Shown: one piece after another, positions 54,201 through 63,953 of the stretch
Layout of the letters: every line of letters begins with the position of its first letter
Position numbering within the stretch: the first letter of the stretch is position 1
From: a virus
Lineage: Duplodnaviria; Caudoviricetes
Strand: one strand, 5' to 3'
DNA length: 64,000 bases
Virus record (IMG/VR): IMGVR_UViG_3300037603_000023
Location: 817-64,816 of that record
The notes under the pieces: model-generated
The model's input: only the letters and a program-made list of their open reading frames with translations
What the model was told of the DNA's origin: nothing
Databases searched by the model: none
Made by a program: the position numbers and the translations under genes

Positions 54201-56314
54201 TGCAGTTCTCCCCGCAACAGACCGATGCGCTGGATGCCGTCGCAAGGTGGAAGAAGTCGCCCGACAAGCCGTGGTTCTACCTGGCCGGATATGCAGGGAC
54301 CGGCAAAGAGCAACCGGTCTCAGCTGTAGTTCAAACTCCTACTGGTCCCGCGAAAATAGGGGAAGTCCGGGTTGGTGACATGGTTCTTGGGCGCGACGGG
54401 AATGCGACCCGCGTTCTCGGGGTTTACCCACAGGGGCGCAAGCCAGTTTTCAAGGTTACATTCCGCGACGGAGCATCGACCCGATGCGGCGCACAGCACC
54501 TTTGGCAAGTCAAGAGTGGCGCGCGCGATTGGCGTGTTCTCACCACCATGCAGATTCTAGAATCAGGTATTCGGTGGGGCTCCGGTGATGCAAAGTTTCA
54601 GATACCACTCTGCGAACCGGTCGCATATTCCAACCCATCACCAGCGTTTGACCCGTATCTCATCGGCGTTCTGATTGGAGATGGCAGCCTCAGCGGCTCC
54701 GTCGTGTCTTTCTCTACCCCCGATATCGATGCGGATATTGCGGAGCAGATCAAAGCATGCCTGACTGATGATTTTGAGGTGCGTCGGGACGATTGTCCCC
54801 CGTGCCCTCGATACGTTATCAAAGACACTCAAGACCCCCACCACAACCGCGTTCGCTTTCACCTGCAAAGCCTCGGTCTTTGCGTGACCTCGCGCCATAA
54901 GTTCTTGCCTGCGGAATACCTCTATGCGCCGGTCGATGATCGGATGCGCTTGCTGCGCGGCTTGATGGATACGGACGGAAGCTCAAGCGGCAATCGCGTC
55001 GGCTTCCATACATCGTCGGAGCGATTGGCACGGGATGTGGTGCATCTTGTGCAGTCTCTTGGCGGCACTGTCATTGTGAAGGAATACCGCCGTAAGGATA
55101 AAGACGCGGTTGAGTTCCAACTCAATGTGAAGGTTTCCTTCAACCCATTTCTCTCAAAAAGGAAGGCGAGCCAGTGGCAGCCATCCACAAAAAACCCGCC
55201 GTCCCGGTACATTTGGGCAATCGAGCCCGACGGTGAAGAGGATCAAGTTTGCATTCGTGTTGATGCGGAGGATCATCTCTATCTGACTGACGAATTCATC
55301 GTCACCCATAACACATCGCTTGCCAAACACTTCGCGGCCGGTGCCAGTCGCGGGGTGTTGTACGGAGCATTCACCGGCAAGGCCGCCATGGTGATGCGGA
55401 AGAATGGCTGCTTCGGCGCATCGACCATCCACTCGATGATCTACAGCTTCGACCAAAGCGCGAAGACAGGGGAACTGAAGTTTCGGCTCAAATCGAAGAT
55501 GGACCTATCGGGTAACGAGATCATCATCATCGACGAGTGCTCGATGGTGGACAAGGAGTTGGCTGCGGATCTGCTGTCTTTTGACATACCGGTCTTGGTT
55601 CTAGGGGATCCTGGCCAGTTGCCACCGGTTGGCGGACCCGGCTTCTTTACCAGCAATGAACCGGACTTCATGCTGACAGAGGTCCATCGACAAGCGGCCG
55701 AGAGCCCGATCATTCGCTTGGCAACTGACGTTCGCGAAGGGCGATCTCTCGAGATCGGTCAATACGGGGAATCGAAGGTTGTTTCTCGCTACGACCTCGA
55801 GCAAGCGGACGTCACCAGCGCTGACCAGGTGCTCGTCGGCACGAACAAGACGCGGGCGCTCTACAACAGGCGGCTGCGCGAACTCAAGGGCTTGAAGGGC
55901 GAGTTCCCGGTAGCGGGCGACCAGCTCGTCTGTCTGAAGAACGACTCCACGCTCGGCCTATTCAACGGTTCGCTCTGGGAAGTCGTTCGCCTCAAACGCC
56001 GCACGGCCGGCGCCCTCAATGACAGGTGCATCAACTTCGTCGTGAAGTCGACCGACTTCGAGAACACACAGCCTGTCGACGTGCGGGTCCGTGAGGAGTT
56101 CTTCAACGGGGATCCGAAGGAGATCGACTGGCGCGAAAAGCGAGGCACCCAGGAATTCGACTACGGCTACGCCCTGACGGTCCACAAGTCGCAGGGTTCG
56201 CAGTGGTCGCACGTCTGCCTGTTCGACGAAAGCAAGACATTCGCAGCCGATCGCGGTCGGCATCTTTACACCGGCCTGACCAGAGCGGCCGACAAAATTA
56301 CGGTGGTGATATGA
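54200..56314 (+). CDS. RecD/Dda-like SF1B helicase interrupted by an intein
   Basis: GYAGTGK|TS split Walker A; IIDECSMVD, GDPGQLPPV, EVHRQA, YALTVHKSQGSQW, YTGLTRA. Confidence 0.92.
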   Translation: MQFSPQQTDALDAVARWKKSPDKPWFYLAGYAGTGKEQPVSAVVQTPTGPAKIGEVRVGDMVLGRDGNATRVLGVYPQGRKPVFKVTFRDGASTRCGAQHLWQVKSGARDWRVLTTMQILESGIRWGSGDAKFQIPLCEPVAYSNPSPAFDPYLIGVLIGDGSLSGSVVSFSTPDIDADIAEQIKACLTDDFEVRRDDCPPCPRYVIKDTQDPHHNRVRFHLQSLGLCVTSRHKFLPAEYLYAPVDDRMRLLRGLMDTDGSSSGNRVGFHTSSERLARDVVHLVQSLGGTVIVKEYRRKDKDAVEFQLNVKVSFNPFLSKRKASQWQPSTKNPPSRYIWAIEPDGEEDQVCIRVDAEDHLYLTDEFIVTHNTSLAKHFAAGASRGVLYGAFTGKAAMVMRKNGCFGASTIHSMIYSFDQSAKTGELKFRLKSKMDLSGNEIIIIDECSMVDKELAADLLSFDIPVLVLGDPGQLPPVGGPGFFTSNEPDFMLTEVHRQAAESPIIRLATDVREGRSLEIGQYGESKVVSRYDLEQADVTSADQVLVGTNKTRALYNRRLRELKGLKGEFPVAGDQLVCLKNDSTLGLFNGSLWEVVRLKRRTAGALNDRCINFVVKSTDFENTQPVDVRVREEFFNGDPKEIDWREKRGTQEFDYGYALTVHKSQGSQWSHVCLFDESKTFAADRGRHLYTGLTRAADKITVVI
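54308..55312 (+). mobile_element. 335-aa class-3 (WCT) intein with LAGLIDADG homing endonuclease
   Basis: Starts EQPV, block B HLW, block F QVCIRV, ends VTHN|T; YLIGVLIGDGS and LLRGLMDTDGS. Confidence 0.9.
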
Positions 56315-56676
56315 GTGAGCAACCAATCAACGTGGATGTCCTTGGCAGGATCGTTTTGGCGGCGGCGCAGGAACCACGGCTTTCGGCAACATTCCCCGGG
56401 ATCACGCTCGAAAATGCGGCGTTTGAAGCGCTGTCACTCGTGAGCGCCGGAGAGGACGCAAACGATCTGATCGAGGATGTTCTCGCCGTCGCCGCGGTAA
56501 CCATCAGCGCGCTCATTAGGGCGTCGCACAACGGCGAGCTTTGCCCGGGCTGCATGGCCCGGAGCGTGTTCGGCTACTCGATGGAGGTCGCCGCCGTGAT
56601 TGGCGCTGACGACGCTGCCAACGAACCCGACGAAGACCCATCCGAAACACCACCGTTTTCAGGGAGTATCAACTGA
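56311..56676 (+). CDS. hypothetical protein
   Basis: ATGA overlap; CPGC motif. Confidence 0.6.
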   Translation: MSEQPINVDVLGRIVLAAAQEPRLSATFPGITLENAAFEALSLVSAGEDANDLIEDVLAVAAVTISALIRASHNGELCPGCMARSVFGYSMEVAAVIGADDAANEPDEDPSETPPFSGSIN

Positions 56677-57119
56677 TGGCTGGAAGCTTGAATCGCGCGG
56701 AACTGGTTGGCCATCTTGGCGCCGACCCTGACATCAAGCGCACGAATAACGGCAACATGATTGCCAATCTCTCCGTCGCCACGTCCGAGACGTGGCGGGA
56801 CAAGAACACCGGAGAGCGCCGAGAAAAGACCGAGTGGCATCGTGTTGTCATCTTTCAGGAGGGGCTTGCCAAGGTCGCTGAGAACTATCTGAAAAAGGGA
56901 TCGAAGGTCTTGATCAGTGGGAAGCTGCAGACCCGGAAATGGCAGGATCAGTCCGGTCAGGACCGCTACTCGACCGAGATCGTTCTGAACGGGTTCGACG
57001 CGAAGCTGCTCATGCTTGATGGCAAGAGCGAGGGCGGCGGATCCGGTGGCGGAGGCGGCGGTAGTCGCGGCGGTGGGCGCTCCAACGACATCGACGATAA
57101 TGAGGACATTCCGTTTTGA
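56676..57119 (+). CDS. ssb: single-stranded DNA-binding protein
   Basis: [30 protein letters not shown], acidic DIPF tail. Confidence 0.97.
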   Translation: MAGSLNRAELVGHLGADPDIKRTNNGNMIANLSVATSETWRDKNTGERREKTEWHRVVIFQEGLAKVAENYLKKGSKVLISGKLQTRKWQDQSGQDRYSTEIVLNGFDAKLLMLDGKSEGGGSGGGGGGSRGGGRSNDIDDNEDIPF

Positions 57120-57676
57120 CCGATGTCCCTTTGCTCCCGCGAAGCCCGCTGTCTCGCAACTATCGCCACGGCTACAAAACCGCCGGCAAGTATTCTCCGG
57201 AGTACTCGATCTGGATGAATATGCGCAGCCGCTGCAACAACCCGAAAAACAACCGTTTCGCCACATACGGGGCTCGGGGGATTGCAGTCTGCCGCCGGTG
57301 GGAAGTCGACTTCCTGAATTTCTTGACTGACATGGGCCGGCGCCCCAGCCCAAAGCACACCCTGGAGAGGATCGACAACGATCAGGGCTATTTCCCGGAA
57401 AATTGCAGGTGGGCGACGCGCAAAGAGCAAGCGCGCAATCGGCGATCATCTCGGTTCTTGGAGTTCGATGGTCAGACGAGGACGTCGGCGGAATGGTCCG
57501 AACTGACGGGCATAAGCCAAGGGACGCTTCACGCCAGGTTGAAAGCAGGGTGGCCTGTCGAGCGAGCCCTTTCTGAGCCTGTCCAAGGCAAGGCCCGGAA
57601 GGACGAGAAATCAGACATGAAGCCGGCGCGCATCTACTCGCGCCTCCCTCTCGAGGACACATCATGCAAACCGTAA
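57116..57676 (+). CDS. HNH endonuclease (homing-type)
   Basis: [39 protein letters not shown]. Confidence 0.85.
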   Translation: MTDVPLLPRSPLSRNYRHGYKTAGKYSPEYSIWMNMRSRCNNPKNNRFATYGARGIAVCRRWEVDFLNFLTDMGRRPSPKHTLERIDNDQGYFPENCRWATRKEQARNRRSSRFLEFDGQTRTSAEWSELTGISQGTLHARLKAGWPVERALSEPVQGKARKDEKSDMKPARIYSRLPLEDTSCKP

Positions 57677-58128
57677 TCAGGCACACATTCACGCCCGAAG
57701 AAGTCGCGGCTGCCATGATCCAGAACGTGCCGAAGGCGCAGGAGATCCAGGTCCGCTTTACCGACGGCTATGTCGAGATCGACATCGTCGGTCCCGCAGC
57801 AGCCGGCGAGCCTGAGAAGGCGGCGCCGGAGAGCGCCGCCCATGCCACCAAGGCCAGCGAACCCGACAACGCGCCAGCACCCGCCGACGATACCGCAAAG
57901 GCGGAAGAGCCGAAGCTTGGAAAGAACGCGAAGCTGGTTCTCGAGCACTGCGCCCTCGGCGGGTTTCAGGTTTTTCTCGACGTGGAGACCGAGAAGGACG
58001 CGCTCGAGCGCGTTCTGTTCACTTGCAATGCAGCCGGCATCGAGAGCTTCGACAACAACAAGACAGCCATGGCCGCCTTCAAGGATATCTGCGCCGACTT
58101 CCAGATTTGGTGCGGAGGGGCAGACTGA
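57664..58128 (+). CDS. hypothetical protein
   Basis: 154-aa in-operon ORF. Confidence 0.6.
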   Translation: MQTVIRHTFTPEEVAAAMIQNVPKAQEIQVRFTDGYVEIDIVGPAAAGEPEKAAPESAAHATKASEPDNAPAPADDTAKAEEPKLGKNAKLVLEHCALGGFQVFLDVETEKDALERVLFTCNAAGIESFDNNKTAMAAFKDICADFQIWCGGAD

Positions 58129-58259
58129 TGGCGACGTTCCGGATCCATCACGCCAGCGGGCATGCCGACATCCCTGCCAACGCCCCCAATGAAGCCCGGA
58201 GGGTGTTCGCCGAGAAATACCCGGGTGTCATCATCAAGAAAGTGAAGGTGCTGAAATGA
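58128..58259 (+). CDS. small hypothetical protein
   Basis: TGATG overlap; MATFRIHH...IIKKVKVLK. Confidence 0.6.
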   Translation: MATFRIHHASGHADIPANAPNEARRVFAEKYPGVIIKKVKVLK

Positions 58260-58594
58260 ACTTTCGAGAAGGCGATACCGTGAGCGTGGAAGCGACTCTT
58301 GCCTACGTTCATCCGGACGACGAGCACTTGCGGATTCACATCCACAACCACCACGGTCCCACCTATGTGACGCCGAACAGTGTGAAGCTGGTGAAGCCGA
58401 ACATTCAGATTGGCGACCAGGTCAAGCTAAGAAGCCCGAGCGTTAATCAGCCTGTCGGACCCGCGGTTGTCCTCTCGATTGCCAACGATCACCTGTGGGT
58501 CGAGTGGGACGACGGCGAATATGCGACATGGTGGGTAGGTGCGGTGGACCGAGTTGCCCTCGCCGGCCAGAAGCCGGAAGGCGGTGATGCGTGA
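58256..58594 (+). CDS. hypothetical protein with tandem SH3/KOW-like motifs
   Basis: FREGDTV and IQIGDQV repeats. Confidence 0.6.
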   Translation: MNFREGDTVSVEATLAYVHPDDEHLRIHIHNHHGPTYVTPNSVKLVKPNIQIGDQVKLRSPSVNQPVGPAVVLSIANDHLWVEWDDGEYATWWVGAVDRVALAGQKPEGGDA

Positions 58595-58932
58595 GCAAGG
58601 CCCCCATGGAGCCCCGCGTGCCGGCAGATATTATTGCAAACGCCGCTCGAGCGGTTGAGGCGGTGAAGTCGATCGACAAAGTCATCGAATGGCTGAAACA
58701 GGACTCGAAACAGGAAATCACTGAGGCTGGAGCAAGAATACGTGGCGTGTTCGGTTGCAACCGCCTCTCTAGGATGACTGATGTGATCGTCGGGGAAGTG
58801 TGCCGCCGCGCGCTGATCGAAGCGCTGCTGATGGAGCGCATGGTCAACACGGAAAACTGGTCCCACCTTGTCGAGTTTCCGGAAGCGCCGGTGCTCCCGT
58901 CTCTTTCTTTCGAGAAAGGCGGTGCCGCATGA
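58591..58932 (+). CDS. hypothetical protein
   Basis: GTGA overlap. Confidence 0.55.
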   Translation: MSKAPMEPRVPADIIANAARAVEAVKSIDKVIEWLKQDSKQEITEAGARIRGVFGCNRLSRMTDVIVGEVCRRALIEALLMERMVNTENWSHLVEFPEAPVLPSLSFEKGGAA

Positions 58933-59519
58933 CGATACCACCCTACCCGCTTCACTGGCCCGACACGCTACCGAGGACGCCTAAAAAGGCGTCGTCGCAA
59001 TTCCGATCCACGCTCTCGGCCGCCATGAACAATGTGCGCGGATCGCTTCAGCGGTTCGCCGGCGACAGCGGCAAGACGGTCACAGATGTCGTGATCTCGA
59101 GCAACGTGACCCTGGGCGAAGAGAAGCCCGCGGACACCGGCGTTGCTGTCTGGTTCACATGGGACGGCATGCAGGTCTGCATCGCGGTCGACCGCTATCC
59201 GAAGGTCCAGGACAACCTGCAGGCCATCTACCACGTCATCGAGGCGCGCAGGACTGAGGTTCGTCACGGCGGCCTGCACATCGCCCGAGCCACATTCAAG
59301 GGGTTTCAGGCGCTGCCGGCGCCTCCCAGCAAGAAACCTTGGCGAGAAGTGCTCGGCCTCGACCTGCCGCACAAGCGAGAACCGTTGAACAAAGACGTCA
59401 TCGAGGCTCGCTACCGCGCACTGGCGAAGAAGGCGCACCCGGATTCGGGCGGCTCCCACGATGCGATGGCCGAGTTGAATCGCGCCAAGGATGAAGCGCT
59501 TCGAGAGGTCGACAGATGA
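58929..59519 (+). CDS. phage DnaJ-domain protein
   Basis: YPLHWP N-terminus; YRALAKKAHPDSGG J-domain HPD motif. Confidence 0.9.
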   Translation: MTIPPYPLHWPDTLPRTPKKASSQFRSTLSAAMNNVRGSLQRFAGDSGKTVTDVVISSNVTLGEEKPADTGVAVWFTWDGMQVCIAVDRYPKVQDNLQAIYHVIEARRTEVRHGGLHIARATFKGFQALPAPPSKKPWREVLGLDLPHKREPLNKDVIEARYRALAKKAHPDSGGSHDAMAELNRAKDEALREVDR

Positions 59520-59755
59520 ACACCCCCTCACTCGACAATGAACGTGCGCGCGCCGCTATCAAGGCTCTGGTGGACGGTCGCGATCTTGTTCATGACCAGT
59601 CAAGGATCCTCGTCACGCTAGATCACATGGTGGCGGTTACGCTCCTTGCCCTAATGCGTGACCCGCGCAAGGCCGCTGCGATGCTCAATGAGGGGTTGGT
59701 CCCTGGCGTCGAAGAACGGCTTTCGCTCTATTCGGCTAGGGAGAAAAGGCCATGA
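59516..59755 (+). CDS. hypothetical protein
   Basis: ATGA overlaps. Confidence 0.65.
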   Translation: MNTPSLDNERARAAIKALVDGRDLVHDQSRILVTLDHMVAVTLLALMRDPRKAAAMLNEGLVPGVEERLSLYSAREKRP

Positions 59756-60021
59756 GTAACTTCGTGATGAAGATCGACGGCGACGTCCGGTTCCCCGGCA
59801 AGATCGTTTCCGAATACCGCACCGGCGTCGGCAAGGCACGGATCGTGGTCGAGATGATCGTGCCCGGCGCCGAGGGCTTGCAGCACATATACCGGCCCGA
59901 GCAGTTCCGACCGATGACCGACTTCGAGCGCCGCAAGATCGAGCTGATGGCGAGGATCTGGAACGCGGAGAAGCCGGAAGACATCACCGCCATGGGTGGC
60001 GCGGGATGGCTGGCACCATGA
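59752..60021 (+). CDS. hypothetical protein
   Basis: ATGA overlaps. Confidence 0.65.
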   Translation: MSNFVMKIDGDVRFPGKIVSEYRTGVGKARIVVEMIVPGAEGLQHIYRPEQFRPMTDFERRKIELMARIWNAEKPEDITAMGGAGWLAP

Positions 60022-60176
60022 ATCTGCGCCCGATCCACATCCTTATTGAGCAGGCCAAGCACTGGCGCGCGCAGCACAAGGCGGCTGGCAGACAGATCGA
60101 AGCCGCGGCCTGTGATGTTCGGATTGCCGCGCTCGAGGACGCGATTGAAGCAATGGAGAAGGCAAATGGCGACTGA
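60018..60176 (+). CDS. small hypothetical protein
   Basis: My translation MNLRPIHILIEQAKHW...; 52 aa, ATGA overlap. Confidence 0.6.
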   Translation: MNLRPIHILIEQAKHWRAQHKAAGRQIEAAACDVRIAALEDAIEAMEKANGD

Positions 60177-60582
60177 AGCAGATATCGAGAAGGCGGCAAG
60201 AGCAATGCATGACGGCCCTCTCGGCGCCGATGACCATGATTTCGATGCGCCTGAGAATGCAAAACAGCGTGCGTGGTGCATCGATATGGCCAAGGCCGCC
60301 CTTGAGACGGCGCACCCCAGATTGAGGCGGTTTCGACATTGGAAACGCGGCACCACCTACGAGGTGATCGGCTACGGTCGGGTGCAGAGCGGATTGTGGG
60401 TTGAGCCGAACACCTGCCCACGCCCCGGGCCGGTCGATATGCGCGAGGTCGTCATCTACCGCGGCGAGGAAGACGGAAGCATGTGGGTGCGTCCGATCGA
60501 AGAGTTCAACGACGGCCGGTTCGAAGAGATCCCCGAGCGGATCGTTCACAAGCACCTCAATATCCAAGGGAATGATCGATGA
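60166..60582 (+). CDS. DUF1653-domain protein
   Basis: FRHWKRGTTYEVIG...VVIYR.....WVRPIEEFNDGRF. Confidence 0.8.
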   Translation: MATEADIEKAARAMHDGPLGADDHDFDAPENAKQRAWCIDMAKAALETAHPRLRRFRHWKRGTTYEVIGYGRVQSGLWVEPNTCPRPGPVDMREVVIYRGEEDGSMWVRPIEEFNDGRFEEIPERIVHKHLNIQGNDR

Positions 60583-61427
60583 CCCCGCACGAAATCATGA
60601 TCTTGAACGCCTGCTACAAGTGCTCGTCGCCGGCCGTGAATGTCTTGCCGCACATCTGGAATGCCCCGGCCGCTGTAGCTACCAGGCGAGCATTTGTTAA
60701 ACTTGGCTTGATCGATCCAGAGACGCACAAGGCTACAGAGAGGGGCGAGCGGCACATAGAGCGCCTTTGCGCCGTCGGCTTCGTCGACGAGGAAGCGGCG
60801 CCACCGTCGGCTGACCACCCCGGCAAGGCCGCGCTGTCGGCAATCGTTGAAGGGCTCAAGGGGGTGACGCCGGGGCCGTGGTGGGCTGACAGTGAGCGGA
60901 GCGAGGGCGGCGATGGCAGGTTTGATGCTTTCGCAGTCTACGGTCCAGAGCAGCGGTACGGGCGTCCGTCGAGCATATGCGACACGCACAATGCAGGCGA
61001 GATCGTGATCCAGCACGAGCACGACACCACCCCTTGGGACGAGCAGGGCCGTGTGAACATGGATCATATCGCCCGCTGCGACCCAGCCACCATGCAATCC
61101 ATCGCCGCCTATGTCGCCGAACTGACAGACCGCATTGCCGATCTTGAGCGCGACAACGGTGTACTGACCAAAGAATACAGGGCCTTTATGCAAGAGACCC
61201 GCGAACGGGATATCGAGTTTGCGCAAAAAATAGGCGAGCAGCAGGCTCGTGCAGAACGTGCTGAGGCCGCTCTTGCAGAAGCAAGTAAGGTGATTGAGCG
61301 ACTAAAGCTTGCGATGCACGATGCTATCAACCGCCCCATGGGCGTGGTTCCCGCAACGGCGGAGGAATTCTACGACCCGCGCCACCCAACCTTTGATCGG
61401 CTCCAAGCCAATAAGGGGGATGCGTGA
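60579..61427 (+). CDS. Ead/Ea22-like protein
   Basis: TPGPW...HIARCDPATMQSI then coiled coil. Confidence 0.7.
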   Translation: MTPHEIMILNACYKCSSPAVNVLPHIWNAPAAVATRRAFVKLGLIDPETHKATERGERHIERLCAVGFVDEEAAPPSADHPGKAALSAIVEGLKGVTPGPWWADSERSEGGDGRFDAFAVYGPEQRYGRPSSICDTHNAGEIVIQHEHDTTPWDEQGRVNMDHIARCDPATMQSIAAYVAELTDRIADLERDNGVLTKEYRAFMQETRERDIEFAQKIGEQQARAERAEAALAEASKVIERLKLAMHDAINRPMGVVPATAEEFYDPRHPTFDRLQANKGDA

Positions 61428-61594
61428 TGACAAAATCTGAACTTGATGCCGCTGTTCGTGAATACCGCAGGCTAATAGACGCGATGCAAGGCCACGTTTT
61501 CTACTGTGAAGATGACGAGGGTGTCTTGCGAAGATGGTTCCCGCCCAGAAGGCCATTTGCAGACCGCGCAACCAGCACCACAGGAGGTGAGTGA
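61427..61594 (+). CDS. 55-aa protein, paralogue of ORF 499-699
   Basis: My translation MTKSELDAAVREYRRLIDAMQGHVFYCEDDEGVLRRWFPP...; TGATG overlaps at both ends. Confidence 0.7.
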   Translation: MTKSELDAAVREYRRLIDAMQGHVFYCEDDEGVLRRWFPPRRPFADRATSTTGGE

Positions 61595-61791
61595 TGGCCG
61601 GCATAACACTTTCACTCACACAAGACGAGCTTTCAGAGGCGGTGCGTGATTGGGTCGAGAAAAAAGGCTTTCTCACGACAGACAGATTTTCCGTGAGAGT
61701 GACAACGCACAAGGGTGATCGCCCATTTGATCCGGACTACACAGAAGTGTCCGTGTCTGGCGTTGCCGTTCGCGAGGCCACCCGCCCATGA
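61594..61791 (+). CDS. small hypothetical protein
   Basis: GGAGG RBS; ATGA overlap downstream. Confidence 0.65.
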   Translation: MAGITLSLTQDELSEAVRDWVEKKGFLTTDRFSVRVTTHKGDRPFDPDYTEVSVSGVAVREATRP

Positions 61792-62381
61792 CCGACCTAT
61801 CTGCCATCACGCCAAAGCAGACTCCCCCGACGGACCTATTCGGCCAGACGATTCGGCGAGATGCTGAGTTCTCTGGCGCCAACCGACTGACCCTGTCCCG
61901 ATCCTGGAGCGCCGAGCCCCGCGCCTTGGTAATTGGCTGCAACCCGTCGACTGCGGACGCGATGAAAGAAGATCCGACGTCGCGGTGGTGGAACCACTGG
62001 TTCTATAAGGCCGGATTCGGAGGATATGATGCGGTCAACCTCTATCCGTTCTGCACATCGAGCCCCGCCGAGTGCAAGCGCATCGTCGACAGCATCGCTC
62101 ATGGCGCGTGGGATGCCCGTGACCAACTTCAGTTCGTCAACCTTCCCCACGTCGTCGCCAAGGCGAAGGCGGCATCAAAGGTTTTTGTCTGCTGGGGGAA
62201 TATCGCGTGGGATCCGGACTGGATCGAGCACGTCGTCGAAGAGATCCAGACTGGCGAAGCGCCTTACCCGGATCTGTGGTGCTGGGGCACGACAAAGAGC
62301 GGCGCACCGAAGCACCCGCTCGCGCGCGGCAAGCATCGCATGGCGACTGATGAGCCGGCCATACTCTGGCGGTGTGCATGA
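61788..62381 (+). CDS. DUF1643-domain protein
   Basis: IGCNPSTAD...DPT, VNLYP, PKHPL. Confidence 0.9.
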   Translation: MTDLSAITPKQTPPTDLFGQTIRRDAEFSGANRLTLSRSWSAEPRALVIGCNPSTADAMKEDPTSRWWNHWFYKAGFGGYDAVNLYPFCTSSPAECKRIVDSIAHGAWDARDQLQFVNLPHVVAKAKAASKVFVCWGNIAWDPDWIEHVVEEIQTGEAPYPDLWCWGTTKSGAPKHPLARGKHRMATDEPAILWRCA

Positions 62382-62629
62382 TGACTGACGAGCGCACCGT
62401 AATCCACGGCTTGCCGCCGCGCATGATGAGCGATGCCGAACTGCGCGCGTTCTTTGGCCTGTCAGAGCGCGCATTGAGGACACTCAGGTTCGACAAATCC
62501 TTCCCGCGAAAGGACTCGCTGATCGGCAAAACCGACAGGAAGGCCGTCGATTCGTATTTTGACAGGCGATCGAACCTTCAGCATCCTTCTTCGGTCGACA
62601 ATGTCGTCGACGGAAGAGAGGAATTCTAA
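62378..62629 (+). CDS. putative excisionase
   Basis: Small winged-helix-like ORF directly upstream of int. Confidence 0.55.
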   Translation: MMTDERTVIHGLPPRMMSDAELRAFFGLSERALRTLRFDKSFPRKDSLIGKTDRKAVDSYFDRRSNLQHPSSVDNVVDGREEF

Positions 62630-63810
62630 TGCCAAGAACAACGAGAAGAGCCGACAGGCCCGGTTACACCTACCGGGACAGAGCAGACGGAACCCGGGCC
62701 CATTACTGGAAACCCAGCCGCGCCGTGAAGGGCGCCCCGTCGTACCTTGAAAGCAGACCCATAGCCGACGGCGCGACCGATGAGCAAATCTCCAGGCTAT
62801 GTCAGGCGTGGACCGACGAATTGAAGTCGGATCTTGACCGGCTGGAGCGCGCACCTGCTTTCGACGGCACGATCAGCGCCCTGATCCACCTGTACCGCAC
62901 CGACAAGGAATCGCCATTTCACGCACTGAAACAAACCACTAGGAAGCGTGATTACGAGCCCATGTTAAGGCTTCTGGACCGGACGGTAGGCAAGCGGGCG
63001 ATCAAGGTGCTGACCGGAGCCGACTTCCGTCGCTGGTACAGAAGCTGGTCGGCCGACGGGAAGACCCATACCGCCCACAACGCAATCCGAAAGCTCCGGA
63101 CTGTGCTCTCCTACGGCGCAAGCGAGCGGATGCCCGGCTGCAGCCAGGCCCGCGAGATCCTGTCGCTGATGGAGTTTGAGGCGCCTGCACCGCGCAAGGT
63201 GAAGCTCGAGTATGCCCACGCGCAGGCCATCATCGCCAAGGCGATTGAGATGGGGCGCCCTTCAATCGCTCTCACCCAGGCCATCCAATTCGAGACGGCG
63301 CTACGCCGGATCGACATCATCGGGCAGTGGGTGCCTGTGGAAAACGAGGATGAAGGCGGGATCGTTCGCGGCAAGACAAGATGGGTAGGACCGACCGCTG
63401 CGGTCGTCGATGGCGACCTCGTCATGCGGATCTCCACATCCAAGACGAAATCGGACGCCGCTTTCGATCTCACGGCTTGCCCGCTTGTTATGCAGGTGAT
63501 CGCCGACCACCCGCTGCCGCGGCTCGGTCCTCTGATTATCTCAGAAAAGACCGGCCTGCCCTACCGGGAGAATTACTACGCAACGGAGTGGCGGGAAATC
63601 GCCAGAGCAGCCGGCGTGCCCGATTCGATCTGGAGCATGGACTCAAGGGCAGGCGCAATTTCCGAAGCAGAGATAGCAACCGGTGACATCGATATGGCCC
63701 GGAAGCTGGCAACGCACACGGACCCGAAAACCACTCGGCGATATGTGCGCAATGACCTTTTGGAGAGCAACCGCACGGTAGCTGAGGCCAGGTCAAAGCA
63801 CCGCCGTTGA
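62629..63810 (+). CDS. int: tyrosine integrase
   Basis: 393 aa; catalytic R (ALRRIDI), DSR, H (LATHT), Y (RRYVR); adjacent to att core. Confidence 0.9.
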   Translation: MPRTTRRADRPGYTYRDRADGTRAHYWKPSRAVKGAPSYLESRPIADGATDEQISRLCQAWTDELKSDLDRLERAPAFDGTISALIHLYRTDKESPFHALKQTTRKRDYEPMLRLLDRTVGKRAIKVLTGADFRRWYRSWSADGKTHTAHNAIRKLRTVLSYGASERMPGCSQAREILSLMEFEAPAPRKVKLEYAHAQAIIAKAIEMGRPSIALTQAIQFETALRRIDIIGQWVPVENEDEGGIVRGKTRWVGPTAAVVDGDLVMRISTSKTKSDAAFDLTACPLVMQVIADHPLPRLGPLIISEKTGLPYRENYYATEWREIARAAGVPDSIWSMDSRAGAISEAEIATGDIDMARKLATHTDPKTTRRYVRNDLLESNRTVAEARSKHRR

Positions 63811-63835
63811 CACGGCAATGACACGGATGACACGG
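63808..63835 (+). repeat. three direct TGACACGG repeats (integrase arm-type sites)
   Basis: Copies at 63808, 63819, 63828. Confidence 0.75.
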
Positions 63836-63880
63836 GACAATGAGATCAATCGTAAAACAGCAGGGATTTCAAGCCCTTAT

Positions 63881-63927
63881 TGGAGCGGGTAGCGGGAATC
63901 GAACCCGCGTATTCAGCTTGGAAGGCT
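63881..63927 (-). other. att core: 3' half of tRNA-Gly(TCC)
   Basis: Minus strand AGCCTTCCAAGCTGAATACGCGGGTTCGATTCCCGCTACCCGCTCCA gives anticodon loop, T arm, acceptor 3' strand and CCA; no 5' half. Confidence 0.9.
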
Positions 63928-63953
63928 CTGACGGATTCAATGATTTCAATGGC

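Noticed and set aside
63881-63927. Complete tRNA-Gly gene
   Set aside because: Only the anticodon loop to CCA is present. The upstream sequence cannot form the D arm or the 5' acceptor strand, so it is an att core.
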